Assembly (NCBI GenBank): GCA_944376195.1
Contig: CALWBW010000004.1
Location: forward strand, 14,313 to 78,312
Length of the DNA: 64,000 nucleotides
Direction: 5' to 3'
DNA from: an uncultured Clostridia bacterium
Lineage (GTDB): Bacteria > Bacillota > Clostridia > Oscillospirales > QAMX01
The translations under genes were made by a program, and so were the position numbers. Below, one piece after another: positions 58,228 through 64,000 of the stretch. The notes under the pieces are model-generated. The model was not told the origin of the DNA. It did not search any database and was given only the letters and a program-made list of their open reading frames with translations. How positions within the stretch are numbered: the stretch's first letter is position 1; each line of letters starts with the position of its first letter.

Positions 58228-59574
58228 TCAACCGACATCCCCTTTGTCGTACAGCGCGACAATGTAAGGATGGTTTTCGTCATACTCTGTGAGCGTTTTT
58301 GGATTTTCCACGCAAAGGCAGGGACGAATCTCCCCTCCCTTGACTCCACGGATCTCATCTCCCAGTTTGGCGGCATATTCCTGCGCCCGTTGTTCCAAAC
58401 GCGCCACAATTTCCGGATATTTTTCCGAAACGTCCGTAGTTTCTCCCAAATCGGCGTCCAGATCATAGAGTTCGCAGACCTGCTCTTCCTTTCTCGCACG
58501 GTGAAGCTTCCAATTCCCCGCACGGAACGCAGCAAGGTTTTGATCCTGATAATAACAGAATTCCGTCCTGACCGGCGTATTCTCGCCTAGCAGCAGGCGG
58601 GAGACATCCACACCGTCGATTTTTCTGCCTCCAAGCGGCATTCCCAGCATAGCCGCAAATGTCGGAAGCAAATCGATATTCGACGCCATCTGTTCCACCA
58701 CCGCTCCTTCGCGGACATGTCCCTTCCAATGTACGATGAGCGGCACACGCTGGCCGCCTTCCCATACGGTAAACTTCGTACCGCGCAGCGGTGCGTTACA
58801 CGCGCCATGATCTCCACGCGAGCCGTTATCTGAAGTGAAAATCAACAGGGTATCTTCATAAATGCCCAAACGTTTCAGTTCATAGAGCAGAGCCTTGACG
58901 GACCAGTCCACATCCGCCATACAGGCGCCGAAATCCCCATTTTCAGACGTCAGCACAAAATGGTGCGGTGCATACAGCGGCAAATGAACATGCATCTGCG
59001 CAAAATAGAGGAAAAACGGCTTGTTTTGATTCTTTTTCATGAAGGAAATACATTCCTGCACATACCGTTCCGTCAAACAGGTCTGGTCGGGCTGCTGTTC
59101 CACCACTTCGTCGCCGGAGAGAAGTGGTAGCGGCGGATTTTTTACAAAATCCGTTTTTCCCACCTGCATTCCCATATCATTGCTATATGGCAAGCCAAAA
59201 TAATCGTCAAACCCAAAGCGGCAGGGCAGGCTTTCCGGCTGATCGCCGCAGTGCCATTTTCCCACGCACATTGTTGCGTAACCGGCGTCGGAAAAGAGTT
59301 TCGGCAGGGTATATTCCTCCGGATCCAGTCCATAGGGCTCGCCGGGAAACAGGACACGCGTAATGCCGACACGGGGCGGATAGCAGCCCGTCATCAAAGC
59401 AGAACGCGAAGGGGAACAAACGGGCGACGCCGCGTAAAAGGAAGTAAAGCGCACGCCCTCCTCCGCAAGCGCGTCGATCGTAGGCGTATGGTTGATTGCA
59501 GACCCATAGCATCCCAGATCCCCATATCCCATGTCGTCGCAGTTAATGAGTATCACGTTGGGCTTTCTCTCCAT
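58228..59574 (-). CDS. Cys-type formylglycine sulfatase (S1), cytoplasmic
   Basis: DDMGYGD, CSPSRSALMTG, GKWH, TSDNG; no signal peptide. Confidence 0.92.
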   Translation of the reverse strand: MERKPNVILINCDDMGYGDLGCYGSAINHTPTIDALAEEGVRFTSFYAASPVCSPSRSALMTGCYPPRVGITRVLFPGEPYGLDPEEYTLPKLFSDAGYATMCVGKWHCGDQPESLPCRFGFDDYFGLPYSNDMGMQVGKTDFVKNPPLPLLSGDEVVEQQPDQTCLTERYVQECISFMKKNQNKPFFLYFAQMHVHLPLYAPHHFVLTSENGDFGACMADVDWSVKALLYELKRLGIYEDTLLIFTSDNGSRGDHGACNAPLRGTKFTVWEGGQRVPLIVHWKGHVREGAVVEQMASNIDLLPTFAAMLGMPLGGRKIDGVDVSRLLLGENTPVRTEFCYYQDQNLAAFRAGNWKLHRARKEEQVCELYDLDADLGETTDVSEKYPEIVARLEQRAQEYAAKLGDEIRGVKGGEIRPCLCVENPKTLTEYDENHPYIVALYDKGDVG

Positions 59575-59657
59575 AAAAACACCTCTTTCTCTATTTTGTT
59601 GGGTCTACTCCAAAGAGCTAAGACCTCTCTCAGTGATTTTACTTCGCATATTCCACT

Positions 59658-60782
59658 TTATAACGGACGGACGAATCGCGTGGCAAGGGCATCCAGCCTC
59701 CGGCCGGCATAAGCAAAAAACCGTTCATACGACTCGCAAAAGACGTTTCGCCCCAGTCGGCCGTTTGTACGCGGTTCCCGATAGCGTTTACAGCCACCGC
59801 GGCACCAGACAAAGTGCGGACAGGTATGGCATTTTTCATCCTGCTCCAGCGATTCCTCCATAAAACGAAGGTCGTGCCGGCGCCGGTCAAGATCCTCAAA
59901 ACTGTCCTGATTGACATTGCCCAGGCGATAGGCATCCAGCACATAAAAATCACAGGGATACACGCCCCCATCCGCTTCCACAACATCCTGCATTCCGCAC
60001 ACGCCGCTCATCCCGCAGGATTCCGGCGGGTATCCCATGCGCATCTGTACATAGTTATCAAATTGCCGAATGGAAATCTGCCGTCCGCGCATCAGGTCCG
60101 CGTACCACAGATCAAACAGCTCGCATAAAAATTGCCCATAGAGTGCAGGAGTCAAGGAATACGCACGTCCCCCCGGCGGCTCGTCCAAAGGATCCAGGCA
60201 GGGAATAAACTGTAAATACTGATATCCACACGTTTGATAAAACGTGTAAATTTCCCGGGCTAACAGCGCCGTCTTCGCGTTAACGACCGTCAGAATATTA
60301 TAGGCAACGCCATACCGGTCAAACAACCGCGCGGTTTTCTGAATTTCCTCAAACGTACCGCTCCCGTCCGGTGCGCGGCGATACAGATCATGGCTCTTTC
60401 GTATGCCGTCCAGCGAAAGCCCAACCAAAAACCGGTTTTCCGCAAAAAACTGCGCCCATTCCTCATCCAGACGGTATCCGTTTGTCTGAATGGCATTATA
60501 AACGCGTACGCCGGTTTTCCCATACTCCTTTTGCAAGTCCGACGCGCGGCGGTAATATTCCAGGCCGACAAGGGTAGGTTCTCCGCCCTGATACGCAAAG
60601 GTACAGGTTCTCGTTACAGCCGCAAGCGCTTTTCGAATCATGGCTTCCTGCGTTTTCTCTGTCATCAGCCCATAAGACGCGCAGCTTCGTTTCTCCGAAA
60701 CATCCCGGTAAAAGCAATACATACAGCGAAGATTACAGCCGCCCGAGGCCGGCTTTATCAGCAAATGTCGTGCGCTTTGCAT
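59658..60782 (-). CDS. Anaerobic sulfatase maturase (radical SAM/SPASM)
   Basis: CNLRCMYC, QGGEPTL, CGMSGVC, YPCD, CHTC..CRGGC. Confidence 0.92.
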   Translation of the reverse strand: MQSARHLLIKPASGGCNLRCMYCFYRDVSEKRSCASYGLMTEKTQEAMIRKALAAVTRTCTFAYQGGEPTLVGLEYYRRASDLQKEYGKTGVRVYNAIQTNGYRLDEEWAQFFAENRFLVGLSLDGIRKSHDLYRRAPDGSGTFEEIQKTARLFDRYGVAYNILTVVNAKTALLAREIYTFYQTCGYQYLQFIPCLDPLDEPPGGRAYSLTPALYGQFLCELFDLWYADLMRGRQISIRQFDNYVQMRMGYPPESCGMSGVCGMQDVVEADGGVYPCDFYVLDAYRLGNVNQDSFEDLDRRRHDLRFMEESLEQDEKCHTCPHFVWCRGGCKRYREPRTNGRLGRNVFCESYERFFAYAGRRLDALATRFVRPL

Positions 60783-60812
60783 CGTATTCCTCCCAAAAGG
60801 CACCGGTACACA

Positions 60813-61904
60813 TTACATACTCTCATAAAGCCGCCGGACTCTTTGCCGACACGAGACATCGTTCGACACCGTAGAAAGTCCGCCGACCTGGCTGAGCGAT
60901 CCCATGAGGGGAACGTCCTCCAATTCCGTACCGCACAATTTTTGTTTCACAGCCTCAGCGATACGATCGGCATAAATCACACGGATATCTCGTCCGAAGT
61001 ACGGCACAATCTGCACCTCCAGCGGTTCGGTCAAACCGGAAGCGTTATGCAGTTGCGCCACCAGCCATTGTGCCCGTACCAGCTGTTCCTCCCGTTCGTC
61101 CACACGCTCTGCCGCAACCGCCGCGTGAATGGCGTCCCGAATTTCCTGCGCTACCGGCAAACGGTCAAATGCCGTTCCAAACCATTTGCTGTACGGCGCA
61201 TAGCGCCCGGCATAGAGGAAGCACAGGCGCATCAGACGTTCCGCAACCCGTGCGCAAATCAGACGTGAACCCAAGTCGTCCCCATAGGCGCCGCAGCGTT
61301 TTGTAAATGCCTGCTCACAGGCAATGGCATCCCAACAGGAGGCAATCAGGTAAAGCCGAACCGTATGCGGATACTGCTTCAGCAAATCCAGCGTTTCCTG
61401 CAAATTCAAATCGTCTGTGTAAAGCTGCGCGGACACAAGGGAGAGAAGCCGGTGCTCAGAAAAAGAAAGCCAGTCCGCCGCGGTCAAATACCGAAGATCC
61501 GAAAACCCCAACTGGCTTTTCAAATAATCCGGTATCGTTTGAATAAAAATCAAGGGGTCAACTTCCCCTTCCTCGAGGAAAACCGCATGACGCACGCCAT
61601 GATCGTTGGGATCAGGCGGAGAAAAATGCACACTATACCCTCGATAAGTATAAGGAAGCCGCTGCGCAAAAGTACGCCGAATCTCCGGCTCACTTGCCAG
61701 GTCTTCCTCCCGCAAAAACAAGTAAAACCTGGGTCCCCACATGTGATCGCGCGATACTTCGTCGTCATACCCCAAGACATCAGAGCCGTATCCCAAAAGC
61801 CCCGCCGTATAACAAAGCCCTGGAAAGGTCTCATCCAAAATTGGTTTTGCCACATCAAAGAAAAAGCCTTCGCAAAGTTCTTTTCCCGGAATCCATGCAG
61901 GCAT
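60813..61904 (-). CDS. DUF4037-like protein
   Basis: GLLGYGSDVLGYDDEVSRDHMWGP, YAPYSKW. Confidence 0.72.
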   Translation of the reverse strand: MPAWIPGKELCEGFFFDVAKPILDETFPGLCYTAGLLGYGSDVLGYDDEVSRDHMWGPRFYLFLREEDLASEPEIRRTFAQRLPYTYRGYSVHFSPPDPNDHGVRHAVFLEEGEVDPLIFIQTIPDYLKSQLGFSDLRYLTAADWLSFSEHRLLSLVSAQLYTDDLNLQETLDLLKQYPHTVRLYLIASCWDAIACEQAFTKRCGAYGDDLGSRLICARVAERLMRLCFLYAGRYAPYSKWFGTAFDRLPVAQEIRDAIHAAVAAERVDEREEQLVRAQWLVAQLHNASGLTEPLEVQIVPYFGRDIRVIYADRIAEAVKQKLCGTELEDVPLMGSLSQVGGLSTVSNDVSCRQRVRRLYESM

Positions 61905-61948
61905 GCGATTGCCCCCTTTTTGGCGTATTACTTCGGCGTCCGATTGCT

Positions 61949-62686
61949 TTATTCCCCTTTTTTCGCAATATCCGCCAGCGTCAGTTTGTCTTCTATACTG
62001 AGACTGGCCGTCTGCAACAACGACGGGCGGCGGGTCAGCGTCCGAAGCAGCGACTGCCGGCGCCGCCACTTTTCAATGTTCACATGGTGCCCGGAAAGCA
62101 GAATCTCCGGCACACGGCGTCCACGCCACTCCTCAGGTCGGGTATACTGCGGATATTCCAAAAGACCTTCCCAATGGCTTTCCTCCGTAAAACACACTTC
62201 CTCCGCCAAAACGCCCGGCACCATCCGGCAAATACTATCCGCCACCGCCATGGCAGGAATTTCTCCCCCCGTTACCACAAAATCCCCGAGGGAAATTTCT
62301 TCGTCCACGCATTCCTCGATAAATCGTTCATCAACGCCCTCATAATGGCCGCAAACCAAAATAATGTGCCGGTGTGCAAGCAGTTCCCGTGCCACTTCCT
62401 GATCAAACCGCCTGCCCTGTGCCGACATTAAAACCGTATGCACCGGACCTCCCGCCTGTTCGCAGAGTGCCTTATGACAAAGGTACAGCGGTTCCGCCAG
62501 CATAACAAGCCCCTTCCCGCCGCCGTAGGGATAATCGTCTGTCCGGCGGTTATATGTGGGAGAGTAATCCCGAATATTGGTCGCGCGAATTTGAATCAAA
62601 CCCCGCATTTGCGCTTTCCCAATCACACTTGTCCGCATTACGGTATCAATCATATCGGGAAAAAGCGTCATAATATCGATTGTCAT
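61949..62686 (-). CDS. trmD: tRNA (guanine-N1)-methyltransferase
   Basis: TLFP, DDYPYGGG, CGHYEGVDER, SLGDFVVTGGE, LEYPQYTRP. Confidence 0.96.
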   Translation of the reverse strand: MTIDIMTLFPDMIDTVMRTSVIGKAQMRGLIQIRATNIRDYSPTYNRRTDDYPYGGGKGLVMLAEPLYLCHKALCEQAGGPVHTVLMSAQGRRFDQEVARELLAHRHIILVCGHYEGVDERFIEECVDEEISLGDFVVTGGEIPAMAVADSICRMVPGVLAEEVCFTEESHWEGLLEYPQYTRPEEWRGRRVPEILLSGHHVNIEKWRRRQSLLRTLTRRPSLLQTASLSIEDKLTLADIAKKGE

Positions 62687-62693
62687 CCCACAG

Positions 62694-63194
62694 TCATTCA
62701 TCGTCTGCCATTCCTTTAATTGTCTCTACGGTTATGATCTGTCCAGCCGGGTCAATTTCTTTGATAAAAACAGGATTTGCCGGGATCAAATATTCCGCCG
62801 TGCCATTTTGCACTACATAGACGTCTCCCGCCGGCAGGTTCAGTACATCCCGCAATGTGCCGATTTCCCGCTTCTGGCGCAAATCATACACCTTCATTCC
62901 CACAATATCCTGAACAAAATACCGGCCTTCCGGCAGTTTCACATCGTCCCGGTTAATATAGACAATGCGGTCCCGCAACCGCATGGCATCCTCCACGTGA
63001 TCGATTCCCGCAAACTTCATGAGCACAAACCCCTTCTGAATGCTGGCGGAAACCACCTGATATTCTTTGCCATCCATGAATACACGTGAAAAACCTTTTA
63101 AAAATTCCGGTCCATCGCTCCAAGGCATAATTTTCACAGCGCCGGCCAACGCATGTGTATTGACAATTTTCCCAGCTTCCAAATACTGTTTCAT
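62694..63194 (-). CDS. rimM: 16S rRNA processing protein RimM
   Basis: GKIVNTHAL, LPEGRYFVQDIVG, YLIP; located upstream of trmD. Confidence 0.92.
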   Translation of the reverse strand: MKQYLEAGKIVNTHALAGAVKIMPWSDGPEFLKGFSRVFMDGKEYQVVSASIQKGFVLMKFAGIDHVEDAMRLRDRIVYINRDDVKLPEGRYFVQDIVGMKVYDLRQKREIGTLRDVLNLPAGDVYVVQNGTAEYLIPANPVFIKEIDPAGQIITVETIKGMADDE

Positions 63195-64000
63195 GTCTCT
63201 TCTCCAATCAGACGTTTCGCCTCAACGACATTCACATGTTCCAACTCACATAGCCGCGCCGCATTTTCAAGCAGCCGCGCGCGGGGACTCTCCATCATCT
63301 TATCTACAAACACACAGAGTGTCTCTGCGTCTGTCTCTTCCAAATCAACATAGAGGTCCGTATGCATGTACCGCATAAATCCCTTGACTTTTTTATCATA
63401 CACAATTCCCGCATTCGGTACGCCCGCGCGCGCAGCAAATACAAGCGCATGCAGTCGCATGGAAAGCACGCACCGCATCCTGGAAAGAATGCCGATGGTG
63501 GTCTCCGTATCAAAACGGCGACGGAATACGTAAGGCGCAGGTTCCAGGGCCTGGGCCAGCATATCTCCTGCAGAAAGATCACGCGGCGTTTCAATCGGCA
63601 GAATCACAGGCTCCAGCCCATGCACTTCTCGCGCATACCGGACAGCCTGCGCAATGGCGGGTATAGCCGCCTCAAATCCCGGCCAGTTCCGGACGCACAG
63701 GCACAAATATGCGCCCTGCAATGGGATTCCGGCAGAAGCAAACGCTGCATCCACTTGTTCCTCGGGGGCAGGAGAGAGCGTCAGGGCAGGATCCGCCGCC
63801 ATCGCGATATGCGGGTGCGTAATTCCCATCCGCTCCAGTTCCACACGGGAATCATCCTCCCGCAGCGTGATGGTATCGACATACCGGTTTAATACATGCG
63901 CCGCACGCTTGCGATTCCGCTCCGAAAGGACCGGGCCGATTCCACAGCCATACATCATCACCCGTGCGCCACGGCGTTTTGCCGCCGCCAGCGTATACAA
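63191..64000 (-). CDS. Polysaccharide pyruvyl transferase (CsaB-like), 5' end outside the window
   Basis: GCGIGP, ITLREDDS, ADPA, SMRLHALVFA, YDKKV. Confidence 0.8.
   Translation of the reverse strand: MYTLAAAKRRGARVMMYGCGIGPVLSERNRKRAAHVLNRYVDTITLREDDSRVELERMGITHPHIAMAADPALTLSPAPEEQVDAAFASAGIPLQGAYLCLCVRNWPGFEAAIPAIAQAVRYAREVHGLEPVILPIETPRDLSAGDMLAQALEPAPYVFRRRFDTETTIGILSRMRCVLSMRLHALVFAARAGVPNAGIVYDKKVKGFMRYMHTDLYVDLEETDAETLCVFVDKMMESPRARLLENAARLCELEHVNVVEAKRLIGEET

Overview
This is a gene-dense chromosomal window from an anaerobic, probably spore-forming Clostridia-type bacterium. I found no rRNA, tRNA, CRISPR array, integrase or transposase. Main contents, left to right: an Fe-S aldo/keto reductase; a divergent sugar-acid locus (uncharacterised 714-aa glycosidase-like protein and an SDR, opposite a split transketolase and garR); an atypical F-type ATP synthase operon (atpB-E-F-A-G-D-C, with no atpH or atpI, a delta-like domain fused to alpha, and a c subunit carrying a signal peptide); a HydABC(D)-type [FeFe]-hydrogenase operon interrupted by a six-gene putative signalling module; DegV; a lytic transglycosylase/pdaB pair; an unannotated 47-aa ORF behind a structured leader; an orphan KdpDE-like pair; a nitroreductase; a minimal sufC-sufB pair; a GH63-like enzyme; a two-OB SSB; a second sugar locus (FGGY kinase, DerI-like RpiB, split transketolase); glnA(III)-asnB with an ANTAR-like attenuator; flavoproteins; tspO; pepF; rplJL inverted relative to rpmG-secE-nusG-rplK-rplA; trxA; pduL; pncB-cysK-cysE; sulfatase and its maturase; trmD; rimM; and a partial csaB-like gene. 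The best novelty candidates are the delta-alpha fusion ATP synthase, the two transketolase-based catabolic loci, the hydrogenase signalling insert and the small-ORF unit. All calls come from reading motifs by eye; no database searches were run.
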